From: an uncultured Chitinophaga sp.
Lineage (GTDB): Bacteria; Planctomycetota; Planctomycetia; Planctomycetales; Planctomycetaceae
Assembly (NCBI GenBank): GCA_964561125.1
Contig: CAZLOQ010000012.1
Span: 41 to 64,040 of the forward strand
Direction of reading: 5' to 3'
Length of the DNA stretch: 64,000 nucleotides
A model generated the notes under the pieces. That model was not told the origin of the DNA, made no database searches, and worked only from the letters and a program-made list of their open reading frames with translations. Every line of letters begins with the position of its first letter. Position 1 is the stretch's first letter. The translations under genes were made by a program, and so were the position numbers. This document shows positions 43,696 to 53,272 of this stretch, piece after piece.

Positions 43696-45954
43696 ATGCG
43701 CTGGAAATGGATGCTTCCCCGACTCTTGCTGACACTGATGATCTGGGGCTTCCTCCGCTGGGGGCTGGACCCTGCGCTGCGGTACGGGCTCGTGCGAGGA
43801 CTGCAGTCCGCAACGGGGGCGCGTGTGGACGTGGCAACGCTGCGAACGAGTTTCTTTCCGCCCACGGTCACGATTGAGGGCACGGCGGTGGCCAGTCCGC
43901 GGCGTCCGGGAAGGAATTTGTTCGAATTTGAGCAGCTGCATGTGCGGCTGGAGCCGGATTCTCTGTCGCATCGTCGGTTTGTGGTGGAAAGCGGCGAAGT
44001 CCGGAACCTGCGGTTTGATACCAATCGAAGTGACGATGGGCGGCTGCCGCCGGGGGAGGCTGCGAAGTCGACGGAACGCTCATGGATGCAGGAGCAGTTG
44101 AAGGAGGTCAGTGACCAGTGGCTGCACCAGCTGGCGGAGCAGGCGCGGGCTCAGCTGGACCCGAATACCCTGGAGACATGGCGACTGGGCTCCGGGAAGT
44201 TTGACAAGTGGGACAGTCGATTCCGGGATCTGGCGGATCGTGCACGAAGTCTGGAGCCGCGAGCAATGGCGGTGAAGGATGGATTTGAGTCGATTAAGAA
44301 TCTGGAGCCGCTGGAACAGGTTGAGCGTGGTCTGCAGCTGGCTCAGGAAGTCGACGTGATTGTGCGTCAGGCTGAACAGATGCAGCGGGAGCTGCAGGCG
44401 ATGGTACCGGAGGTGAAGGAGGACTATGAGGAGCTGAATGCGGCGCGGCTGCGGGATCAGGAGATGATTCAGCACAAACTTACACTGCTCAAACCGGACG
44501 GTCGGCGAATTTCACAGACATTGCTCGGGCCCGCCATGTATGGGCGGGTGCAGCAGGTGATTACATGGGTGCAGGCAATTCAGGAGTATCGGCAGGAGTT
44601 GGCGGAGCAGGTTCGTCCGCCACGGATGGAGGGCCGTGTTTTTCCAGTGATCGAGACGCGACCGGCTCCGGTGTTTCTGCTGAAGCATCTGGCGCTGTCA
44701 GGTTCGATTTCGATTGACGAGGAGCAGGTGCCGTACGCGGCGGCGTGGCGGGATGTCACGGAGCAGCCGAAGTTACTGGGACGCCCGAGTGTGTTTGAAC
44801 TGCGGGCGGAAGGGCGACGACCGCTCATTCTGGCGATGAAAGTGGATGCGACCACGGATGAGCTGCAGAGCGAGGTGGAGGCGACCTTCCGGGACAACGA
44901 GGGTCTGCCGGTCATGGTGGGCAAACGTGGAGAAGTCTGGTTCGAGGGTGGTTTAAGAAATATGGACTGGTCACTGCGGATGAAGCTGGGTGGCCAGCGG
45001 CTGCAGGGATTTGTCAGTCTGAAGTCAGATATCGAGGGGCTGAACTTCGGAGCGTCCGAAGATGTGCGATCGGAGGTTGTGGAGGCTGCGAATGAGGCCC
45101 TTGGAGCGGTCAGGAATCTTGATGCAGTGGCAGCCTTTACCGGCACAGTGCTCAAGCCCGAGATCAATCTGACCTCAGGAATTGGCGAGCAGATTTCGCA
45201 GGGGGTGCGGCAGGCGTTTCTGACGCAGTTGGAGAAGGCGCGATTACGGTTGCTGCAGGAGCTGGATGAGCGTGCGGCGGAGCAGCTTGCGAGGCTCAAA
45301 GCGCGCTGTTCAAAAGAGTATCAGGAACTTCTGGCAGACAACGGCAGATTGCTGGAACAGGTGCGGGAAGTGCGCACAGTCCTCACCAGTCTGCAAAGCG
45401 GCAGGCTGGATGCGGGAATACTGGTCCGGCAGGCGTCGCAGTCGAAGCTGCTCCGGGAGAAGGATCGGGCAAAGCTGGAACAGGTCGACCGGGTGCTGAC
45501 GGAGTTCGAAGGGGCGATGCAGGGACGTATTCCCCAGACGCTGATTCAGAAGCTGCCGATTCCGAACGAGGCGTTGCAGGCGGGGATTCCGACGCTGACG
45601 ATCCCGGGATTCCTTCCTGGAATTCTGCCGGGGCTGTTGCCTCAAACTGCGGCGGAAATGGCGGGCGGTGGACCGGCGGGTGGGTTGGAAGACGGTACAA
45701 GCCCCCCGACAGTGCCCGGTCCGGTGCAGCCACCATTGCCCGCGCGGGTGGAAGACTTGCTGCCGATGGCGTTACCCGGCTTACTGCCGGGCTTGTTCCC
45801 GACATTGAATCCTGCCATACATGAAGCCCGCAGCGGGGGTACTGCCAGCCCTTCTCAGACTCAGGCTCCTGCCAACTCCATACCGGGACCGAAAGTGCAG
45901 CCGGTGACGGGGCCCCAGTTGCTGCCGTTCTTTCGTCCACGAGCGAAGCGTTGA
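43696..45954 (+). CDS. AsmA-like N-terminus / long coiled-coil protein, TIGR03545-like
   Basis: ATG at 43696 (GTG at 43693). TM, then GARVDVATLRTSFFPPTVTIEGTAVASPRRPGRNLFEFEQLHVRLEPDSL and VESGEVRNLRF. Several hundred residues of coiled-coil-like sequence. A P/L/G-rich tail (IPGFLPGILPGLLPQ). Confidence 0.45.
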   Translation: MRWKWMLPRLLLTLMIWGFLRWGLDPALRYGLVRGLQSATGARVDVATLRTSFFPPTVTIEGTAVASPRRPGRNLFEFEQLHVRLEPDSLSHRRFVVESGEVRNLRFDTNRSDDGRLPPGEAAKSTERSWMQEQLKEVSDQWLHQLAEQARAQLDPNTLETWRLGSGKFDKWDSRFRDLADRARSLEPRAMAVKDGFESIKNLEPLEQVERGLQLAQEVDVIVRQAEQMQRELQAMVPEVKEDYEELNAARLRDQEMIQHKLTLLKPDGRRISQTLLGPAMYGRVQQVITWVQAIQEYRQELAEQVRPPRMEGRVFPVIETRPAPVFLLKHLALSGSISIDEEQVPYAAAWRDVTEQPKLLGRPSVFELRAEGRRPLILAMKVDATTDELQSEVEATFRDNEGLPVMVGKRGEVWFEGGLRNMDWSLRMKLGGQRLQGFVSLKSDIEGLNFGASEDVRSEVVEAANEALGAVRNLDAVAAFTGTVLKPEINLTSGIGEQISQGVRQAFLTQLEKARLRLLQELDERAAEQLARLKARCSKEYQELLADNGRLLEQVREVRTVLTSLQSGRLDAGILVRQASQSKLLREKDRAKLEQVDRVLTEFEGAMQGRIPQTLIQKLPIPNEALQAGIPTLTIPGFLPGILPGLLPQTAAEMAGGGPAGGLEDGTSPPTVPGPVQPPLPARVEDLLPMALPGLLPGLFPTLNPAIHEARSGGTASPSQTQAPANSIPGPKVQPVTGPQLLPFFRPRAKR

Positions 45955-46173
45955 CGATTCTGAGGAATTTCCGGGAGAATCCGGGGACGCCGAGTCCGAT
46001 TCTTCGTGAAAACTCAACAAAACCTTCCTGGAATTCTTTGTCAGCGCTGTGGATTTGCCGCTTTTCAGACGGCTGGCTTACCGCGGTCTGTATACTGCAG
46101 TTGTCCGCCGATTTCGCCGGTTCGCAGGCTCGCGGACAGACCAGCAGCCGCACCTTGCTGCAGAGGAATTCCA

Positions 46174-47496
46174 GTGAAGATAACGATGATTGGCACCGGC
46201 TACGTGGGCCTGGTGACGGGGACCTGTTTTGCGGAAAGCGGCAACGATGTCACATGTCTCGACGTGGATGCCGGAAAAGTCGAGCTGCTTAATCGGGGCG
46301 GGGTGCCGATCTACGAACCCGGCCTTGAAGAGCTGGTACGCAGAAACGCGGCCGCCGGTCGGCTGAAGTTTACCACTTCCGTACAGGACGCTGTTACCGG
46401 GGCGCGGTGTGTGTTTATCTGTGTGGGCACACCGCAGGATCAGTCCGGGGCAGCTGATCTGAAATACGTGAAATCAGCGGCAGAAAGCATGGCACCGTAC
46501 CTGCGCGAAGGTGCGATTGTGATCTGCAAAAGTACTGTTCCAGTGGGCACCAATCGGCAGGTCGCACGCTGGATTTCCGCCCACACATCAACTCGATTTC
46601 TGATCGCATCGAACCCCGAGTTTCTGAAGGAGGGGGCGGCGATTGACGACTTTACCAAACCGGACCGGGTTGTCGTGGGTGTGGACGAGGAAGAGGCAGC
46701 AGACATCCTGCAGGAACTCTACAAGCCATTTCTGCGAACAGAGAAGCCGTTCATCACGGTCGGGATCGAAAGCGCCGAGATGATCAAGTACGCAGCGAAC
46801 TGCATGCTGGCGACGAAGATCAGTTTCATCAACGAGATGGCAAACATCTGTGAACAGGTGGGGGCTGACATCAACGAAGTCCGCAAGGGTATCGGGCACG
46901 ATGCCCGCATTGGCTTCTCATTCCTGTTCCCCGGAGTGGGTTATGGCGGTTCATGTTTTCCCAAGGACGTGCGGGCTCTGGCGTCGCTTGCGGAATCACA
47001 CGGTGTGGATGCCGGCATTCTCAGAACAGTTGATGAAACGAACAGCCAGCAGAAAAGCGTGCTCTTCCGCAAGCTCAGCCGGCATTTCGGTGGAGACATG
47101 ACGGGGCGCACGATCGCCGTCTGGGGGCTGTCTTTCAAGCCGCGAACAGATGACATTCGTGAAGCCCCCGCCCTCGTGCTGATTGAACAGCTCCTGCAGG
47201 CAGGGTGCACGGTGCAGGTACACGACCCCGTGGCTCAGGACAACGTCCGCAGGCTTCTTGGAGACAAAGTGAAGTACTGCGTCCATCACTACGACGCCTG
47301 CGATGCCGCAGATGCGTTGTGTATCGTGACGGAGTGGAACGAATTCCGGAATCCGGACTTTGATTACATCCGCGTCAAGATGAAATCCCCGGTGATCTTC
47401 GACGGGCGGAATCTGTTTGAGCCGAAGCGCATGGCAGCTCGGGGCTTTCACTACAGCGGAATCGGCCTGAACCCTCTCCCGGTCCCTCAATCCTGA
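46174..47496 (+). CDS. ugd: UDP-glucose 6-dehydrogenase
   Basis: GTG at 46174 with AGAGGA upstream gives [38 protein letters not shown] and [10 protein letters not shown] (catalytic Cys) follow. Confidence 0.9.
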   Translation: MKITMIGTGYVGLVTGTCFAESGNDVTCLDVDAGKVELLNRGGVPIYEPGLEELVRRNAAAGRLKFTTSVQDAVTGARCVFICVGTPQDQSGAADLKYVKSAAESMAPYLREGAIVICKSTVPVGTNRQVARWISAHTSTRFLIASNPEFLKEGAAIDDFTKPDRVVVGVDEEEAADILQELYKPFLRTEKPFITVGIESAEMIKYAANCMLATKISFINEMANICEQVGADINEVRKGIGHDARIGFSFLFPGVGYGGSCFPKDVRALASLAESHGVDAGILRTVDETNSQQKSVLFRKLSRHFGGDMTGRTIAVWGLSFKPRTDDIREAPALVLIEQLLQAGCTVQVHDPVAQDNVRRLLGDKVKYCVHHYDACDAADALCIVTEWNEFRNPDFDYIRVKMKSPVIFDGRNLFEPKRMAARGFHYSGIGLNPLPVPQS

Positions 47497-47585
47497 TTTT
47501 CCCCGGCCCGGCTCTTGAAAATTTCTCCGGTCCCGGGATAAACAAGCGTCGCAAATGTTCACCCGTCGTTTCAGGGACCCTGGGT

Positions 47586-48362
47586 ATGGATCGAAACCTG
47601 CTGCTGATATGTTCGCTGCTGCTGGCTGCCACAATCTGTGGCTGCAATGAGACCGGTGACGCCCCTGGCCTGCCGCAAGGTCTGGGCGAATACGAACAGA
47701 CCCGCAAAACTCAGGACCTCCCGGTGGCAAAGGACGAAATGCGCCCGGAAGACCTGCCGTATAATCTGGGGCCAAACCCCAACGAGAAAATCACAGCTCC
47801 GCAGACAGGAACGTTCAAAGTCAGATTCGAAACCACTGCAGGGGATTTCCTCGTCGAAGTGCACCGTGACTGGTCTCCCCTCGGAGCCCAGCGGTTTTAC
47901 GAACTGGTTCAGGACCGCTTCTATGACGGCTGCCGATTCTTTCGTGTGGTGCCGGGATTTGTCGTGCAGTTCGGAATTAACGGTACGCCGGAAAAACATC
48001 GCAAATGGAACCGCAGAATCTCCGACGACAAGGTGGTGGAAAGTAACCGCCGCGGAACGCTCTGCTTCGCCACCTCCGGCCCCGACTCCCGAACTACCCA
48101 GCTGTTCGTCAACTACTCCGATAACGCCAGCCTCGACGGCATGGGCTTCTCTGTCTTTGGCGAAGTAATCGAAGGCTTCCATAACGTCGAAGGCATCAAT
48201 CCGCAGTACGGCGAACAGCCTCAGCAGAATGTGATCGAACAGCAGGGGAATGCGTATCTGGAACGGGCATTTCCTGAGCTGGACTATGTGAAAAGGGCTG
48301 TGATTATCAGCGAAGGTGGTGCTGAAGCGGAAAACAATACGGAATCCACCGGCGGAAAGTAG
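47586..48362 (+). CDS. Cyclophilin-type peptidyl-prolyl cis-trans isomerase, lipoprotein-like leader
   Basis: FYDGCRFFRVVPGFVVQFG, RGTLCFATSGPDSRTTQLFVNY and FGEVIEGFHNVEGI. Leader MDRNLLLICSLLLAATICGC. Confidence 0.85.
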   Translation: MDRNLLLICSLLLAATICGCNETGDAPGLPQGLGEYEQTRKTQDLPVAKDEMRPEDLPYNLGPNPNEKITAPQTGTFKVRFETTAGDFLVEVHRDWSPLGAQRFYELVQDRFYDGCRFFRVVPGFVVQFGINGTPEKHRKWNRRISDDKVVESNRRGTLCFATSGPDSRTTQLFVNYSDNASLDGMGFSVFGEVIEGFHNVEGINPQYGEQPQQNVIEQQGNAYLERAFPELDYVKRAVIISEGGAEAENNTESTGGK

Positions 48363-48368
48363 GCTGAC

Positions 48369-50096
48369 ATGTTGCGGTGGCCTCGTTCGGCATTTGTACT
48401 CGCAAGCCTGCTGATCTGTGGGTGTCAGCAGGAAGCGGGGACGGTTCCGGCGCCGGAAGTTGCAACAGGGACATCTTCACAGCAGACTGCTGATCCGAAA
48501 AAACAATCTGCTGGCGGTCAATGGTCGTTTGTCGACCGCACAGCCGACAGTGGACTCCGATTTCAGTACGAAAACGGTGAAGAAGCCGGGCATTTTTCCA
48601 TCCTTGAATCACTCGGTGGAGGACTCGCGCCGCTCGACTATGACGCAGACGGCACTGAAGACCTGTTTCTTGCGGGAGGCGGTACCTTCCGTGATCAGGA
48701 AATTCTGCCAGCAGCAAACGGACTGTTTCGCTGGAATGGAAACTGGCAGTGGCAGGATGTTTCGATTGTCTCAGGTGTCGCTTCTGCCCTGCACTACAGC
48801 CACGGCGTCTGCCGCTGCGACTACGACCATGACGGCTTCCCCGATGTGCTCGTCACCGGCTACGGCGGCGTGCAATTGTGGCACAACGAGGGGGATGGGA
48901 CGTTCACGGCCGCCGGGCCTGAATGCGGACTGACCGATCATCAGTGGAGCAGCAGTGCAGCATGGGGAGATCTCAACGGCGATCAGCACCCTGACCTGTA
49001 TATCGCCCATTATGTTGACTGGTCCTGGCAGAATCATCCATTCTGCGCCGGTGGCCCGAACGGCGGCCGCGAAATCTGCCCGCCTCGAAGCTACACGGGG
49101 CTTCGCGATGTTCTGTACTTCAGCAACGGTGATGGCACGTTTCGCGATGGCACCGACACAGCCTCGCTGGCCCCGGAAGGTAAAGGGCTCGGGGTCGTCA
49201 TCGCGGATCTCGACGGTGACCGCGATAACGATGTCTATGTGACAAACGACACGGTGGCGAATTTCCTCTACGAGAATATCGGTGGCGGACATTTGCAGGA
49301 TGTGTCGCTGCACAGTGGAGCAAGTCTCAGCAGCACAGGAGTTCCGGACGGCAGCATGGGAGTGGACGTGTGTGACTACAACAACGACGGGCTCCCTGAT
49401 ATCTGGGTGGTGAATTACGAGCGGGAAACCAATGCGCTGTATCAGAACGCCGGAGGCATGGTCTTCCGCCATGTCAGCCAGCGAATCGGCCTGAACGCGG
49501 TCGGGGGCATGTACGTTGGCTGGGGCACCGCTGCTCAGGATTTCGACCGCGACGGCGACGAGGATGTTTTCGTCTCCAACGGACATGTCATTCGCTACCC
49601 GCAGAACTCAGCTCTGTTTCAGGTCCCGCTGCTCCTCGAAAACGAAGCCGGACGCCGGCTTGTGAACCGGGCCGAATCGGCTGGACCGTGGATGAAACAG
49701 CAGCATATGGGGCGCGCGGCGGTCGCGGCAGACTTTGACGGCGATGGAGATGCCGATCTGGCAATTTCAAGAACACGACAGGCGGCTGTGGTGCTTGAAA
49801 ACGCCTCCCGGCCCCTCTGGAATCGATGGCTCTCAGTTCGGCTTGTGGGACGCTCTTCTGCACGGGATCCGACGGGTGCTGTGGTACGACTGGTGGCCGG
49901 AACGACTCAGAGTCGTTTCCTGCGTGGCGGTGGAAGCTATGGGTCCTCACAAAGTGCCAGCGTCTTCTTCGCCGTGCCCGACGAGGCAACTGACGTACAG
50001 CTGCAAATCGAGTGGCCCTCCGGCCAGTCTCAGCAGCTGCAGCCCCAGTTCAATCGCGCGTTGACAATCGTGGAACCGATCAACACCGAAGAATGA
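48369..50096 (+). CDS. CRTAC1-family FG-GAP/VCBS repeat protein with ASPIC/UnbV C-terminal domain
   Basis: Leader ...ASLLICGC. Seven D-x-D-x-DG-type FG-GAP repeats (DYDADGTEDLF, DYDHDGFPDVLV, GDLNGDQHPDLY, ADLDGDRDNDVYV, CDYNNDGLPDIWV, DFDRDGDEDVFV, ADFDGDGDADLAI). The tail is RFLRGGGSYGSSQS. Confidence 0.85.
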   Translation: MLRWPRSAFVLASLLICGCQQEAGTVPAPEVATGTSSQQTADPKKQSAGGQWSFVDRTADSGLRFQYENGEEAGHFSILESLGGGLAPLDYDADGTEDLFLAGGGTFRDQEILPAANGLFRWNGNWQWQDVSIVSGVASALHYSHGVCRCDYDHDGFPDVLVTGYGGVQLWHNEGDGTFTAAGPECGLTDHQWSSSAAWGDLNGDQHPDLYIAHYVDWSWQNHPFCAGGPNGGREICPPRSYTGLRDVLYFSNGDGTFRDGTDTASLAPEGKGLGVVIADLDGDRDNDVYVTNDTVANFLYENIGGGHLQDVSLHSGASLSSTGVPDGSMGVDVCDYNNDGLPDIWVVNYERETNALYQNAGGMVFRHVSQRIGLNAVGGMYVGWGTAAQDFDRDGDEDVFVSNGHVIRYPQNSALFQVPLLLENEAGRRLVNRAESAGPWMKQQHMGRAAVAADFDGDGDADLAISRTRQAAVVLENASRPLWNRWLSVRLVGRSSARDPTGAVVRLVAGTTQSRFLRGGGSYGSSQSASVFFAVPDEATDVQLQIEWPSGQSQQLQPQFNRALTIVEPINTEE

Positions 50097-50098
50097 CT

Positions 50099-50129
50099 GG
50101 CTGACGGGGTGCGGCAGCATGCGTCAGCC
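50099..50129 (+). terminator. Hairpin just after the CRTAC1-like stop
   Basis: ggctgacg (50099-50106) / cgtcagcc (50122-50129): an 8-bp stem with a 15-nt loop, starting 3 nt after the TGA. No U-tract. Confidence 0.25.
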
Positions 50130-50216
50130 GACGGACTGGAGACACAGAAACGTCTGACGTCACTCTGAACCGGAATCTGCGGTCACTTCCGACTTTGTCC
50201 TGCAAGTCGGGTTGGG

Positions 50217-50246
50217 TTGCCTTAGCGTGGCTGTTCCGGGTATCAT
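50217..50246 (+). promoter_or_regulatory. Candidate sigma-70-type promoter for tRNA-Ser
   Basis: TTGCCT (50217-22), an 18-nt spacer, then TATCAT (50241-46). The -10 lies 36 nt upstream of the tRNA 5' end. Motif match only. Confidence 0.2.
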
Positions 50247-50281
50247 GCGGCCCGGCGGGCAGTCTGCACTGTCTGCAGTTC

Positions 50282-50368
50282 GGAGAGGTGACAGAGTGGC
50301 CGAATGTGCCGGTCTCGAAAACCGGTGTACCCGCAAGGGTACCGAGGGTTCGAATCCCTCCCTCTCCG
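50282..50368 (+). tRNA. tRNA-Ser (anticodon CGA)
   Basis: Acceptor stem GGAGAGG / CCTCTCC plus discriminator G. Anticodon stem CCGGT/ACCGG with loop CUCGAAA (CGA). A long variable arm (GTACCCGCAAGGGTAC) typical of class II tRNA. T-arm GAGGG-TTCGAAT-CCCTC. CCA is not encoded. Confidence 0.95.
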
Positions 50369-50655
50369 CTTTAATTTCCGGGGTCGCCGCAAGTCACTAA
50401 TATGCAGTGAGTTGTGACGAGGAGTCCTGATTGGCATAGTCGACTGTGCCGAAACTGTGCCAATCAGAAGGCGTCGGCGAGTGCGGTTTGCCGTATCCTC
50501 GAACACTCCACAGTGGTTCGGGCGAGTTGTCTCCCTTCTCCTCGAGATCCGTCGCGGCTGGGCAAAGCCATACTCCTCAACGGCTCGTCCATGCTGTTGC
50601 AGAAAGCGATCGTGCTCGATGAATTCACATTCCGCATGGGATCTCGAGGGGGAGG

Positions 50656-51951
50656 TTAGTACTTCGGGAAGATGTCGGGGCTGGGGTAGCGTTCCTCGAT
50701 GTTTTCTCTGAGGTATTCTTCACGAGACAGGTTGACCACAGGCCAGTTCGCTGGTCGTACTCGGACGACGCGCCCGGGGCGGATGCCTTCGATGATCAGA
50801 TCCGTCTCGAAGCGAATCTGCATGCCGCTGCTGCCTGAAGGAGCTTCTCCAGGAAGCTTGATGACTTCGAGAATCGATCCGCCGGAGGCCATGTGTGCCG
50901 GGCTATAGTCGCCGTGGGTGTGCTTCAAGGTGCTCTCGACCGCGTTCATTTGCGCGGAACTGCCAGCTTTGAAGTCGGCATAGAGCGAGCTATCCATGCC
51001 GCCGAACAATGTCGCGGTCACCTTCGCCCGGCCGAATTTGCCGTACTCGACGGCATCCACCGAGGCAGGCATCCAACGACTTCGGATCAGAGCTTTGTGT
51101 GTCTCGGTCTGATTCCTGGTGGCTCGCTGCATGGCGGCCTCGTCCAGCCAGATGTCCGAAACGTGATACCGGAGGAACACTCCGTTGGGAGTCGGCTGCC
51201 ACGTGAGCCCGAGCAGAACCGCCTGGTCGCCCAGGGCTTTCTTTCCGCTCGCAGGCCAAATGCCTTCCTCAAGCAAGTCGTCGACACTGAGACACTCGCG
51301 GCCGCGCCAGAATCGCGTTGCAGCATTGAAAGTCAGCTTTTCCTCTTTGGCCTTGCCGTCGCCACCGGCTTTGGGTTCACGAGTAGCCGCAATCAGCCCG
51401 TGATTCGCCTCGACCTCGACTTCCTTCAGTTTCCACATCATGCCCTCCCGCAGGCAGAAACTGGGTTCGTCTTCGAGGAGCATGACATGATTCTCCACGG
51501 GCCGCTCGGGGTTTCCTTTCTGGAGAACCGGCACGGAAGAAGTCTTCGGGTCGGGGGGAAGGAATGCTCGCACATGCAGGACGGTGCTGAGCGGGATATC
51601 TCGAAGATCCGCTGGCGCTCCGTGATAACGCACGATGCCGTACGGCAGCATCGCGAACGGATGCGGAGCATTGCGGAAGAACTCGCCGGGCGTCTCCCCG
51701 CGGAGGCTACCTCGACGATTCGCATGATCGACCAACGCCAGCACGCCTCGGTAGGAACGTGACTTTTCCAGCGGCGGGAACGTCCCCGCCTCGGGGCGGT
51801 AGGGTTGTTCCTGGCTCCCGGGGGCTTGTTCCTGGCCGCGAGCTATCGGCTGAAGCAACGTCGAAGCGACCAGCATCATCAACGAGCAACAAATCACGAA
51901 CCTCACACGAGGAACCACGAAGCAAGAACCAGAAGCGAAGAGTTGTCTCAT
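50656..51951 (-). CDS. Secreted protein of unrecognised family, paralogue B (tandem duplicate of 51959..53272)
   Basis: ATG at 51951 (MRQLFASGSCFVV..., signal-like), 7 nt after the upstream stop. Long blocks are near-identical to paralogue A. Ends in FPKY. The track start at 52071 is an extension into paralogue A. Confidence 0.7.
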   Translation of the reverse strand: MRQLFASGSCFVVPRVRFVICCSLMMLVASTLLQPIARGQEQAPGSQEQPYRPEAGTFPPLEKSRSYRGVLALVDHANRRGSLRGETPGEFFRNAPHPFAMLPYGIVRYHGAPADLRDIPLSTVLHVRAFLPPDPKTSSVPVLQKGNPERPVENHVMLLEDEPSFCLREGMMWKLKEVEVEANHGLIAATREPKAGGDGKAKEEKLTFNAATRFWRGRECLSVDDLLEEGIWPASGKKALGDQAVLLGLTWQPTPNGVFLRYHVSDIWLDEAAMQRATRNQTETHKALIRSRWMPASVDAVEYGKFGRAKVTATLFGGMDSSLYADFKAGSSAQMNAVESTLKHTHGDYSPAHMASGGSILEVIKLPGEAPSGSSGMQIRFETDLIIEGIRPGRVVRVRPANWPVVNLSREEYLRENIEERYPSPDIFPKY

Positions 51952-51958
51952 GTGTTGA

Positions 51959-53272
51959 TCAGTATTTCGGGAAGACAGCTGGAGTGGGAAAACGCTCGTC
52001 GATGCCGGCGCCGTCGAACAGATACTCTTCGCGGGGGATTTGCATCTTCGGCCAGCTTTCGGGGCGAACACGTACGACTCGTCCGGGGCGGATCCCCTCG
52101 ATGATCAACTCGGTCTCGAACTGGATTTGGATGCCGCTGCTGCCGACGGGGGCTTCTCCGCTTGCCTGAGTGACATCCACGATCCTGCCATTGGCGGCGA
52201 TGTGAGACGGACCATAGTGACCCGCCGTGTGCTTCAAGGTGTTCTCGGCTCCATTCATTTGAGCTCCGGAACCTTTCTGGAAGTCGGCGTAGAGCGAGGG
52301 ATCCATGCCGCCGAACAGCGTCGCGGTGACGGTGGCCCGGCCGAACCTGCCATACGCGACCGCATCCACAAACGCGGGCATCCAACGACTGCGGATGAAG
52401 GCCTTGTGCGTCTCGGTCTGGAATTCGGCAGCGTGGTGAAGGGCCGCGTCGTCCAACCAGATGTCCGAGATGTGAAATTCGGTGAAAGCGCCACTCAACC
52501 CATCTCCCGGCGCGGGCTTCCACGTGATTCCGAGATGAACCGCCTGCCCTTCGAGCGATTTCCTGCCGCTGGCAGGCCATGCATTGTCAGCCACCAAATC
52601 AGCAACTCGAATGCGCTCGCGACCGCGCCAGATCCGAGTGGCAGCGTCGAAGGTCAGCTCTTCTTCTTTCGAGTTGCCCGCGTCGGCAGACTTCGGCTTG
52701 CGACTCGCGATGATCTTCCCGGCGTTGTGCTGGATAATCACCTCTTTGAGCTTCCAAACCTTGCCCTCTCGCAGACAGTGACTGGGTTCGTCTTCGAGCA
52801 GTAACACATGGTTTTCAGCGGGGGCGGTGCCGGTGCCACGATAATGCCCCGCATCTTTCTCTTTGTTGTTCACCGGGAGCACCGGCACAGCAGAGGTCTT
52901 CGGGTCCGGTGGAAGGAAAGCGCGGACGTGCATCACGGTGCCGAGCGGAATATCGCGCAGATCCGCCGGCGCTCCCTGATAACGCACGATGCCGTAAGGG
53001 AGCATGGCAAACGGATGCGGATCGTTCCGGTAGAATTTGCCTGTCCCTTCGACGCGAATGCTGCCACGACGGTTGGCATGGTCCACGAAGACGAGTTCGC
53101 CCCGATAGGCATGTGCCTTTTCGACCGGAGCAAATTTACCCAACTCGGGGCGGAATGGCTGAGCAGCTTGCTCCGGCTTCCTGGCACCCGGTTCCTCGCT
53201 CACGGCGGGCGTCAGGACGAGGGACCACGACGCAAGCACGAGGAGCGCGAATCGAACGAAGCACTCGCTCAT
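51959..53272 (-). CDS. Secreted protein of unrecognised family, paralogue A
   Basis: The ATG at 53272 overlaps the DUF1552 stop (ATGA). Signal peptide [25 protein letters not shown]. Ends in FPKY. Coding-like GC3. Confidence 0.7.
   Translation of the reverse strand: MSECFVRFALLVLASWSLVLTPAVSEEPGARKPEQAAQPFRPELGKFAPVEKAHAYRGELVFVDHANRRGSIRVEGTGKFYRNDPHPFAMLPYGIVRYQGAPADLRDIPLGTVMHVRAFLPPDPKTSAVPVLPVNNKEKDAGHYRGTGTAPAENHVLLLEDEPSHCLREGKVWKLKEVIIQHNAGKIIASRKPKSADAGNSKEEELTFDAATRIWRGRERIRVADLVADNAWPASGRKSLEGQAVHLGITWKPAPGDGLSGAFTEFHISDIWLDDAALHHAAEFQTETHKAFIRSRWMPAFVDAVAYGRFGRATVTATLFGGMDPSLYADFQKGSGAQMNGAENTLKHTAGHYGPSHIAANGRIVDVTQASGEAPVGSSGIQIQFETELIIEGIRPGRVVRVRPESWPKMQIPREEYLFDGAGIDERFPTPAVFPKY

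Noticed and set aside
50369-50655. Search for an integrase or att repeat next to tRNA-Ser
   Set aside because: All minus-strand frames give only short peptides (for example EFIEHDRFLQQHGRAVEEYGF) with no tyrosine-recombinase motifs. I saw no second copy of the tRNA 3' end within the window.
51952-52071. Track start at 52071 for paralogue B, overlapping paralogue A by 113 nt
   Set aside because: The extension is K/S/P/A-rich and lies inside the conserved C-terminus of paralogue A in another frame. The ATG at 51951 gives a signal-like N-terminus 7 nt after the upstream stop.
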